Shown in pieces: positions 56,749 to 64,000 of a stretch of DNA of 64,000 nucleotides (its first letter is position 1; every line of letters begins with the position of its first letter). Origin of the DNA: Actinomycetota bacterium. Its GTDB lineage: Bacteria; Actinomycetota; Acidimicrobiia; Acidimicrobiales; Ilumatobacteraceae. Where the stretch lies: assembly GCA_037141855.1 (NCBI GenBank), contig JBAXBR010000003.1, forward strand, positions 8,707-72,706, given 5' to 3'. The notes below the pieces were generated by a model, which had not been told where the DNA came from, made no database searches, and saw nothing but the letters and a program-made list of their open reading frames with translations. A program made the translations under genes and the position numbers.

Positions 56749-58608
56749 GTGCAACGGCCGTCGATACCCATCCCCGATACGCCGGGTTCGTATCAATTCA
56801 AGGACGAACAGGGCGGCGTTATCTATGTTGGCAAAGCAGTAAACCTTCGATCTCGCGTTGGTAGTTATTTCGCCGATCCTCACACGCTCCATCCGCGCAC
56901 AGCAAAGATGATGTCAGTTGCCACAAGTGTGGAGTGGATTGAGGTTCGCAATGAAGTCGAAGCTCTGATTCTTGAATACAACCTGATTAAGGAGCACCGA
57001 CCGCGATTCAATATTCGCCTGCGCGATGATAAGAGCTATCCATTTCTCGCAATTACGCTTGATGAAGAGTGGCCACGAGCAATGGTGATGCGTGGCAGAC
57101 GACGAAAGGGTACGAAGTATTTCGGACCGTACGTCAATGCCTGGGTCATTCGAGACACGCTGGAACTCGTGCTGCGAACGTTCCCGGTGCGCACATGTTC
57201 TAACGGTGTCTTCAAGCAACACAATCGTCTTGGTCGTCCGTGTTTGCTGTTCCATATTGAAAAGTGCAGCGGCCCATGTGTTGGCAATGTAGAAGCCCAG
57301 CAGTATTCAAAATATGTGCACGACCTTCAGCGGTTTTTGAACGGCGATTCAGACGAAATCGTGAACAAAATCGAATTGGAAATGAAGGAAGCGTCAAAGA
57401 TCCAAGATTTTGAACGAGCAGCAGTGTTCAGAGATCGACTCACGCACATCAACAAGGCGCTTGAACGACAGCAAATGGTCGGAGATCAATCAGAGAACAT
57501 TGATGTCATCGGAGTTGCTGATGATGAATTTGAAGCTTCCGTACAAGTATTTTATGTACGGCGAGGACGAGTGATGGGTCGTAACGGATTCATTCTCGAC
57601 AAAGTCGAAGATGTGAGCTCAGGTCAATTGATGGACAGAATCCTCGAAAGCATTTACGGGGATGCGCCACCACTTGGCGTTCCAAAGGAAGTTCTGGTGT
57701 CTCAAGCTCCAGAAAGTCTGTTGGCGATGGAGGAATGGTTAGAGAAAGAACGTGGAACCAAAGTTGAAATTCGAGTTCCATCTCGTGGAGACAAACGGGA
57801 ATTGCTTGCGACTGTCGTAAAAAATGCAACAGATGAGTTTGCTCGACATCGAATGAAACGCGCGTCCGATCACAACAGTCGCAGTCGGGCCCTTACAGAA
57901 TTGCAGGATTTGCTGAATTTGCCAGAAGCTCCGTTGCGCATTGAGTGTTACGACATGGCGCACCTGCAGGGAACTGACTATGTGGGGAGCATGGTGGTGC
58001 TTGAAGACGGTCTTCCGGTTAAACGCGAGTATCGCAAATTCAAGATTAAGGATGTTCCAGGAAATGATGATTACGCCGCGATGAAAGAAGTTCTCACTCG
58101 AAGACTGTCTGCATATATCGCGGAACGTGATATGACAGTTGAACAAAGAGGCGATCGTCCTGGAAAGTTTGCCTATCCGCCGCAATTGATTCTTGTTGAC
58201 GGTGGGAAAGGTCAACTCGGTGTGGCAATTGAAGTGATTAGTGAACTTGGTTTAGAGCATGAGATCCCTGTTGCGTCATTGGCTAAACGTCTTGAAGAGG
58301 TGTTTGTCCCGAATAAGGCAGATGCGGTAGATGTGCCTCGCGGAAGTGATGCATTATTCATTTTGCAAGTGATTCGCGACGAAGCTCACCGTTTTGCTAA
58401 CTCATTTCATCGCGAATTGCGCGGAAAGCGGATGACAAAGGGCGCTTTAGATGGAGTAGCCGGACTGGGTGAGGCGCGCAAGAAAAGGCTCATTGCTCAC
58501 TTCGGCAGTGTTGCAGCTGTAAAAAAGGCATCGCTCGATAACTTGTTGACACTTGGCTGGCTACCAGAACCAGTCGCACGCGAAGTCTTCAAACACATAC
58601 ACGGGTAG
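56749..58608 (+). CDS. uvrC: Excinuclease ABC subunit C
   Basis: GIY-YIG (GSYQFKDEQGGVIYVGKA), UVR domain (FERAAVFRDRL), endonuclease V-like region and a C-terminal HhH. Confidence 0.95.
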   Translation: MQRPSIPIPDTPGSYQFKDEQGGVIYVGKAVNLRSRVGSYFADPHTLHPRTAKMMSVATSVEWIEVRNEVEALILEYNLIKEHRPRFNIRLRDDKSYPFLAITLDEEWPRAMVMRGRRRKGTKYFGPYVNAWVIRDTLELVLRTFPVRTCSNGVFKQHNRLGRPCLLFHIEKCSGPCVGNVEAQQYSKYVHDLQRFLNGDSDEIVNKIELEMKEASKIQDFERAAVFRDRLTHINKALERQQMVGDQSENIDVIGVADDEFEASVQVFYVRRGRVMGRNGFILDKVEDVSSGQLMDRILESIYGDAPPLGVPKEVLVSQAPESLLAMEEWLEKERGTKVEIRVPSRGDKRELLATVVKNATDEFARHRMKRASDHNSRSRALTELQDLLNLPEAPLRIECYDMAHLQGTDYVGSMVVLEDGLPVKREYRKFKIKDVPGNDDYAAMKEVLTRRLSAYIAERDMTVEQRGDRPGKFAYPPQLILVDGGKGQLGVAIEVISELGLEHEIPVASLAKRLEEVFVPNKADAVDVPRGSDALFILQVIRDEAHRFANSFHRELRGKRMTKGALDGVAGLGEARKKRLIAHFGSVAAVKKASLDNLLTLGWLPEPVAREVFKHIHG

Positions 58609-58617
58609 CCTTTTCAC

Positions 58618-59469
58618 GTGGCCGATATTCTGCTCATCGTTGGTCTATCCGGCGCTGGTCGGTCCCAAGCTGCAGATGATCTTGAAGATCTCGGTTGGTT
58701 CGTCGTAGACAATATGCCGATCACCCTTGTGGACAAGGTGGTTGAGCTTGCTGAAAATGGGGCAGAAGATTTACAACTTGCACTCGTGCTCGGTACTCCA
58801 TCCAATCAAACAAACGCAATCGACGTAGTTGCGAATTTGCGCGAAGCTGGACATCGCGTTCGTATTTTGTATCTAGATGCTTCGACCGCAGAGTTGGTGA
58901 AGCGTTACGGAACCACACGTCGCAAACATCCACTGAGTAGCGCTACAACCAGTGTTGAAGAAGCAATTCTTAAAGAACGTTCAATGCTCGAATTGGTTAA
59001 GGGTTCCGCAGACCTAGTAATCGATACGTCATCACTCAATGTGCATCAATTGAAGTCCCAGATTTATGATTTGTTTGCTCCTGTTGGCGGCAAAGATGTC
59101 ATGCAGTTGACGGTTGAATCGTTTGGTTACAAACATGGAATTCCATTGGACGTTGATCTTGTATTCGATGTCCGTTTTTTACCGAACCCACATTGGGACG
59201 AATCGCTTCGGCCATTGAGTGGGTTAGATCAACCGGTTTCAGATTTCGTTCTCCAACAACCGCTGGCACTCGAGTTCGTTGAGAAGATTGACGCGTTGTT
59301 CGGAATGCTGCTTCCTGCTTACCGAGCTGAGGGCAAGAGTTACTTGACCGTGGCTATCGGTTGCACGGGTGGTCGACACCGATCGGTTGCGATTGCTGAA
59401 GAGATTGGGCGAAAGTTCGTTCAATTAGGGCATCACCCGCGGGTAATTCACCGAGATATCGCCCGATAG
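58618..59469 (+). CDS. rapZ: RNase adapter / nucleotide-binding protein RapZ
   Basis: P-loop GLSGAGRS, DVRFLPNPHW and GCTGGRHRSV. GTG start. Confidence 0.9.
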   Translation: MADILLIVGLSGAGRSQAADDLEDLGWFVVDNMPITLVDKVVELAENGAEDLQLALVLGTPSNQTNAIDVVANLREAGHRVRILYLDASTAELVKRYGTTRRKHPLSSATTSVEEAILKERSMLELVKGSADLVIDTSSLNVHQLKSQIYDLFAPVGGKDVMQLTVESFGYKHGIPLDVDLVFDVRFLPNPHWDESLRPLSGLDQPVSDFVLQQPLALEFVEKIDALFGMLLPAYRAEGKSYLTVAIGCTGGRHRSVAIAEEIGRKFVQLGHHPRVIHRDIAR

Positions 59470-59495
59470 TCACGCGGTTGCTAATGTCTGCCTCT

Positions 59496-60509
59496 ATGGC
59501 AAACACTCCAATTCGCGTAGGTATCAATGGTTTTGGTCGCATAGGACGTAACTTCTTTCGTGCAGTGCAAGCAGCAAATGCGCCGATTGAAATTGTTGCG
59601 GTAAACGATCTTGGCAACATCAAGACGATGGCGCACTTGTTGAAGTACGACTCTGTACTTGGCATCTTGCCAAACGACATCAAGCCTGTTGACGACGGCA
59701 TCAGCATTGATGGCAAAGTTCTGAAAGTGCTCCAGCATCGCGACCCAAAGGATCTCCCATGGGCAGCCCTCGGGGTTGATGTTGTCATCGAATCCACTGG
59801 ATTCTTCACCGAGCGCGACAAGGCAGCGGCGCATTTAGAAGCCGGTGCTCCAATCGTGATTGTTTCGGCGCCTTCTGCAGGAGCCGATGCGACATTCGTT
59901 TTCGGTGTTAACCACCAAGACTTCGACCGCAGCAAGCACAAAGTTGTGTCCAACGCGAGCTGCACCACCAACTGCTTCGTGCCAATGGTGAAGGTGCTTG
60001 ATGATGCATTTGGTGTGGAAAAAGGATTGATGACAACTATTCACGCTTACACGGGTGATCAGCAATTGGTGGACGGTCCACACAGCGACTTGCGCCGTGC
60101 GCGTGGTGCAGCGATCAACATCACTCCGACAGGAACTGGTGCTGCCCGTGCAACAAGCCTGGTGCTCGAATCGATGAAGGGCAAGTTGGATGGAACTTCG
60201 TTGCGAGTTCCAGTTCCAACTGGTTCGATCACCGATTTCGTTGCAGTTCTGAAGTCGAGTCCATCAAAAGACGAGATCAATGCAGCCTTTAAAAAAGCCG
60301 CTGATGGTCCGTTGAAGGCAGTACTCGAATACACAGACGCCCCGATTGTGTCGAGTGACATCGTTACTAACCCACATTCATGTGTGTTCGACAGTGATCT
60401 CACTATGGCAATGGGCAACTTGGTAAAGGTTCTCGGCTGGTACGACAATGAGTGGGGCTATTCAAACCGGCTCGTTGATCTCACCAAGCACATTGGCTCA
60501 ACGAAGTAA
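59496..60509 (+). CDS. gap: Type I glyceraldehyde-3-phosphate dehydrogenase
   Basis: INGFGRIGRN, SNASCTTNC and WYDNEWGYS. Start taken at ATG 59496; ATG 59484 is also possible. Confidence 0.95.
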   Translation: MANTPIRVGINGFGRIGRNFFRAVQAANAPIEIVAVNDLGNIKTMAHLLKYDSVLGILPNDIKPVDDGISIDGKVLKVLQHRDPKDLPWAALGVDVVIESTGFFTERDKAAAHLEAGAPIVIVSAPSAGADATFVFGVNHQDFDRSKHKVVSNASCTTNCFVPMVKVLDDAFGVEKGLMTTIHAYTGDQQLVDGPHSDLRRARGAAINITPTGTGAARATSLVLESMKGKLDGTSLRVPVPTGSITDFVAVLKSSPSKDEINAAFKKAADGPLKAVLEYTDAPIVSSDIVTNPHSCVFDSDLTMAMGNLVKVLGWYDNEWGYSNRLVDLTKHIGSTK

Positions 60510-60519
60510 TTCGTTTTCT

Positions 60520-61635
60520 ATGACACGAGTTCCATCGTTAGAAGACCTTGGCGATGTCGCAGGTAAGCGCGTGCTAGTTCGTACCGATTTCAATGTGCCA
60601 ATGGAAGGCCCGGACAACACGCGGGTGATCACCGATGATTTTCGGATTCGCGCCGCCTTGCCAACCATTGAATATTTGACTAGTCGGGGAGCGCAGGTCG
60701 TTTGCGCCAGCCATCTTGGTCGACCTAAAGGAACTCCGAATGCGAAGTATTCAATGGCACCTGTGCGAGCTCGGCTTGCCGAATTAGCGCCGGGAGTCGA
60801 GTTGTTGGAGAACCTGAGGTTCAACCCGGGCGAAGAAGGCAACGATCCTGCTTTCGTTGCCGAATTAGTTCGTGGAATTGACATGTATGTCGATGATGCT
60901 TTTGGTGCGGCTCATCGATCGCACGCGTCAATTGTTGGACCGTCACTTACTTTGCCTTCGGCAGCTGGTCGATTGCTGCAGCGAGAAGTTGAAGTGCTTG
61001 GTGAGCTACGCGAGAAGCCGAAGCGCCCGTTTGTAGCCGTTTTAGGCGGTGCAAAGGTGAGCGACAAGATTGGCGTCATCGAAGCGCTCCAGCAACGTGT
61101 TGATGCCTTTGTCATTGGTGGCGGAATGTGCTTCACGTTCCTTGCAGCGCAGGGATATCCAGTTGGCGATTCGATATGTGAGCGTGACCAAATTGAGACG
61201 TGCAAGAAACTACTTTCGGGGTCTGTTCCGATTCATCTTCCCGAAGACATCAACGGACTTGATGCGCAAGGCGTGTATCAAACTTTTGGAATCCGTTTGC
61301 CAGATGGTGCTAAGGGTCTCGACATAGGGCCGGGAACAGCCGCTGCTTTTACCGACATCATCATGGATGCGCGATCGGTTTTCTGGAACGGACCGATGGG
61401 GATGTTTGAAGATGCACGTTTCGCCTCCGGAACGAAAACCGTTGCCCAAGCGGTTGCAGACACGAAGGCATTCACCGTTGTCGGAGGTGGTGATTCTGCT
61501 GCAGCACTTGCGCAATTCAAACTTGATGACGAAGTCGATCATGTATCTACAGGCGGCGGTGCGTCTCTCGAATTTTTAGAACTCGGAGACCTCCCTGGTC
61601 TCGCAGCATTGCGAGGAGCACCAAATGCCAGATAG
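60520..61635 (+). CDS. pgk: Phosphoglycerate kinase
   Basis: KRVLVRTDFNVP, SHLGRPKG, FWNGPMGMFE and STGGGASLEFLE. Start trimmed to ATG 60520. Confidence 0.95.
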   Translation: MTRVPSLEDLGDVAGKRVLVRTDFNVPMEGPDNTRVITDDFRIRAALPTIEYLTSRGAQVVCASHLGRPKGTPNAKYSMAPVRARLAELAPGVELLENLRFNPGEEGNDPAFVAELVRGIDMYVDDAFGAAHRSHASIVGPSLTLPSAAGRLLQREVEVLGELREKPKRPFVAVLGGAKVSDKIGVIEALQQRVDAFVIGGGMCFTFLAAQGYPVGDSICERDQIETCKKLLSGSVPIHLPEDINGLDAQGVYQTFGIRLPDGAKGLDIGPGTAAAFTDIIMDARSVFWNGPMGMFEDARFASGTKTVAQAVADTKAFTVVGGGDSAAALAQFKLDDEVDHVSTGGGASLEFLELGDLPGLAALRGAPNAR

Positions 61636-62413
61636 CACCATTTATCGCAAGCCACTGATCAGTGGCAATTGGAAAATGCATAACAATCACTTCGAGGCGA
61701 TTCAGAGTTTACAAAAGCTTGCATACCTTCTAACAAAGGATGATTTCAGCGCTGTAGATGTTTCGGTTCATCCTCCTTTTACCGATATTCGAAGTGTGCA
61801 GACACTGATCGATGCGGATGAAATGCGCATTCATCTTGGCGCACAAAATTGTCATTGGGAGGAAAAGGGAGCATTCACGGGAGAAGTGGCAGCTGCATTC
61901 CTTGCAAAACTGGGTGTGCAATACGTCATTGTCGGTCACAGTGAACGGCGTGAAATATTCGGGGAAACCGATGCCGATGTATCCAAGAAAATTACGACTG
62001 TACAAAAACTGAACATGTATCCAATTGTGTGTGTTGGCGAAACGCTTGAAGAACGTGAAGCCGGCAAGACCACGGAGAAAGTAATGAGTCAGGTTCGTGC
62101 GGCACTCGTGGGTCGTACGGTCGACCAGGTGTGCAACATGGTGATTGCCTACGAGCCAATCTGGGCCATTGGAACTGGCAGGACGGCAACTGCTGGAGAT
62201 GCGCAGGCCGTAATCGGTGCAATTCGTGCTCAGGTTTTGGAACTGTCGGGCGAAAAGGCTGCAAGCGCGGTCCGCCTGCAGTACGGCGGAAGTGTGAAAG
62301 CTTCCAACATTGCCGAAATCATGGCGCAGCCGGACATTGATGGAGCACTCGTTGGTGGGGCATCCCTTGACCCATCTGAGTTTGCTCGAATCGTGCAATA
62401 CAGGTCTCGATAG
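61625..62413 (+). CDS. tpiA: Triose-phosphate isomerase
   Basis: GNWKMH, VGHSERR, AYEPIWAIGTG and YGGS. Overlaps pgk by 11 nt. Confidence 0.95.
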   Translation: MPDSTIYRKPLISGNWKMHNNHFEAIQSLQKLAYLLTKDDFSAVDVSVHPPFTDIRSVQTLIDADEMRIHLGAQNCHWEEKGAFTGEVAAAFLAKLGVQYVIVGHSERREIFGETDADVSKKITTVQKLNMYPIVCVGETLEEREAGKTTEKVMSQVRAALVGRTVDQVCNMVIAYEPIWAIGTGRTATAGDAQAVIGAIRAQVLELSGEKAASAVRLQYGGSVKASNIAEIMAQPDIDGALVGGASLDPSEFARIVQYRSR

Positions 62414-62512
62414 CACCCCGCCCTTGGCGCTTGTAGCCTTGTGTCACATGTCGGGGCGCCTTGTCCCGACCCAATTGGGTTAAAACCCACCTAATCGACG
62501 GGGAGGTCGAGA

Positions 62513-64000
62513 GTGAAGAAAACCAACAAACTCGCTGGAGTTGTCGCTGGTTTCGCAACGTTGTCACTAATTGTGGCAGCTTGTGGAGGCAGTTCATCTA
62601 GCAGCAACGCAGGAGCTGCGTTCACAAGCCTCGATGCTTGTGCAACACGCACCTACGACTACACAGCACCAGCTTCAACCAGCAAGGGAATGACTGTCAC
62701 TTACGACATTTCACCTGCAGCTGTTTGGGAAGATGGATCACCAATCACCGTGGCTGACTTCAAGGCAACTTGGGACGCTTCGTTGAACACACCTGGTTCA
62801 TTGTCCACAACTGGTTATGACCAAGTGACTTCGGTTGAAGCAGGAACTAGCGATAAGCAAGTTGTTGCAACATTCAAGTCGGTTTACGCACCGTATAAGG
62901 GCTTGTTCTCGGGTCTCATCAAAGCTGCATCAGTAAAAAACACTGCTGACGTTTCCGGTGATTTCGCAGACATGATTCCTTTCTCGGGTCGTCCATACAA
63001 GATGCAGTCGTGGAGCAAAGATCAAATCGTTTATGTTCCTAACGACAAGTACTGGGGCACCGACAAAGCTGTAACTCCTAAGGTAGTTATGGTTCCTAAG
63101 GCTGACAGCGACACAGAAATTGCGTCGATCAAGGCCGGCGAAGTCGACTTCATCTACCCACAGTATTTCGGTGGAATTGAAGAAGCGATCAAGCAGGACA
63201 ACATCACCTCGAAGGTGGAATTCGGTGGCGACTACGAAGCGTTCTACTTCAACCAGAAGTGCGGTCCTTTCGCAGACGACAACTTCCGTGCTGCATTCTC
63301 AAAGTCAATTGACCGCGAAGCATTGTTCCAGCAGATCTACATCCCAATTGCACCGACCGGCAAGGTCTTGCAATGCGGTCCAATCACCCCTGGTGATTAT
63401 TGCGCAGGCGATGAGTTCGTGAACAGCTACGACGCCGAAGGCGCCGCAAAGTTGATGGAGAAAGCTGGATACAAGAAAGACGCCGATGGTTTCTGGGCGA
63501 AAGATGGCGTAGTGCCTGAAATTCGTTGGGTAATCAACACTGGCAACACACGCCGCGAGAACACCCAGGCTTACTTGATTCCATTGCTGGCAGCAGCAGG
63601 ATTCAAAGTAAAGGCTGACAACTGTGACGCAGCTTGCTACTTCCAGAAGCGTTTGCCAGCACTTGACTACGACATGGCGATGTACATCAGCACGGCTCCA
63701 CCAGATCCTGCTTACCTCACCTCGTCATTCGTATGTGACCAGATCCCAACCGATGCCAATAGCAACGTTGGACAGAACACCCAGGGTTGGTGCAATGCTG
63801 AAGCTTCAGACTTGCTCCACAATGCAGACGTTGAAGTTGACGGCGCAAAGCGCGCGGAAGACATCAAGGCTGCGTTGAAGTTGATGGCAAAAGACAGCGT
63901 GCTGTTGCCACTCTTCCAATTCCCTAAGGCCGGTTTCTGGCGCACAGACAAAGTTGGTGGACCTGTTGATGCTGAATTGAACAACTACCAGGCGTTCATT
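62513..64000 (+). CDS. ABC transporter substrate-binding lipoprotein (peptide/nickel family 5 type), 3'-partial at the window edge
   Basis: Not in the ORF track because no stop is reached. GGGAGG lies 6 nt before GTG 62513. Signal peptide and lipobox (LSLIVAACGG). The frame is uninterrupted to 64000, with SBP-like segments (WEDGSPITVADFKATWD, PYKMQSWSKDQIVYVPNDKYWG, KAGEVDFIY). Confidence 0.85.
   Translation, partial: MKKTNKLAGVVAGFATLSLIVAACGGSSSSSNAGAAFTSLDACATRTYDYTAPASTSKGMTVTYDISPAAVWEDGSPITVADFKATWDASLNTPGSLSTTGYDQVTSVEAGTSDKQVVATFKSVYAPYKGLFSGLIKAASVKNTADVSGDFADMIPFSGRPYKMQSWSKDQIVYVPNDKYWGTDKAVTPKVVMVPKADSDTEIASIKAGEVDFIYPQYFGGIEEAIKQDNITSKVEFGGDYEAFYFNQKCGPFADDNFRAAFSKSIDREALFQQIYIPIAPTGKVLQCGPITPGDYCAGDEFVNSYDAEGAAKLMEKAGYKKDADGFWAKDGVVPEIRWVINTGNTRRENTQAYLIPLLAAAGFKVKADNCDAACYFQKRLPALDYDMAMYISTAPPDPAYLTSSFVCDQIPTDANSNVGQNTQGWCNAEASDLLHNADVEVDGAKRAEDIKAALKLMAKDSVLLPLFQFPKAGFWRTDKVGGPVDAELNNYQAFI

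Noticed and set aside
59354-59971. 205-aa minus-strand ORF spanning the rapZ/gap junction.
   Set aside because: It is antisense to two well-supported genes and its Ala/Ser/Thr/Pro-rich composition is typical of antisense frames.
61730-62416. 228-aa minus-strand ORF.
   Set aside because: It is antisense to tpiA, whose identity is unambiguous. It is a shadow ORF.
1-64000. Search by eye for CRISPR arrays, IS or transposase genes, integrases, phage genes, toxin-antitoxin pairs, restriction-modification or other defence systems, and rRNA.
   Set aside because: I saw no repeat-spacer periodicity. No ORF shows transposase, integrase, nuclease-defence or phage hallmarks. The two orphan SAM methyltransferases have small-molecule-type motif I and lack DNA-methyltransferase motifs (DPPY/NPPY or PCQ). 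No rRNA-like sequence was recognised.

Overview
Summary: this is a very gene-dense, mostly housekeeping stretch of chromosome. Gene content and local synteny point to a streamlined member of the Actinomycetota: mtrB/lpqB-like plus mtrA-like, pdtaR-polA-rpsA-coaE-uvrB-uvrA-uvrC-rapZ-gap-pgk-tpiA, phoH-ybeY-corC, a menaquinone (men) cluster, and an F420-type LLM oxidoreductase. I support about 65 protein-coding genes and one tRNA-Leu(CAA). I found no rRNA, CRISPR array, IS element, prophage or recognisable defence island. All calls rest on reading the supplied ORF translations for family motifs, start/stop context and neighbourhood; no searches were run. Many ORF-track starts are over-extended, so I trimmed them where the conserved N-terminus, a Shine-Dalgarno (SD) sequence or a stop/start overlap indicated a better start. 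Genes are often coupled by ATGA or TGATG overlaps, several convergent genes overlap or abut, and several divergent gene pairs are separated by fewer than 20 bp. Most interesting observations: (1) a divergent pair of cis-prenyltransferase (UppS) paralogs with complementary motif loss, resembling the eukaryotic DHDDS/NgBR heteromer; (2) a FabD malonyltransferase fused to a lysine-free biotinyl/lipoyl-like domain; (3) 11-bp phased TTGGAT repeats upstream of an operon encoding a membrane protein, a Cys-rich lipoprotein and CopCD; (4) an mtrA-like gene inverted relative to mtrB and a minimal LpqB-like gene, with a terminator-like hairpin between them; (5) a tRNA whose CCA end sits 2 nt before the start codon of a coiled-coil-protein/pdtaR operon.
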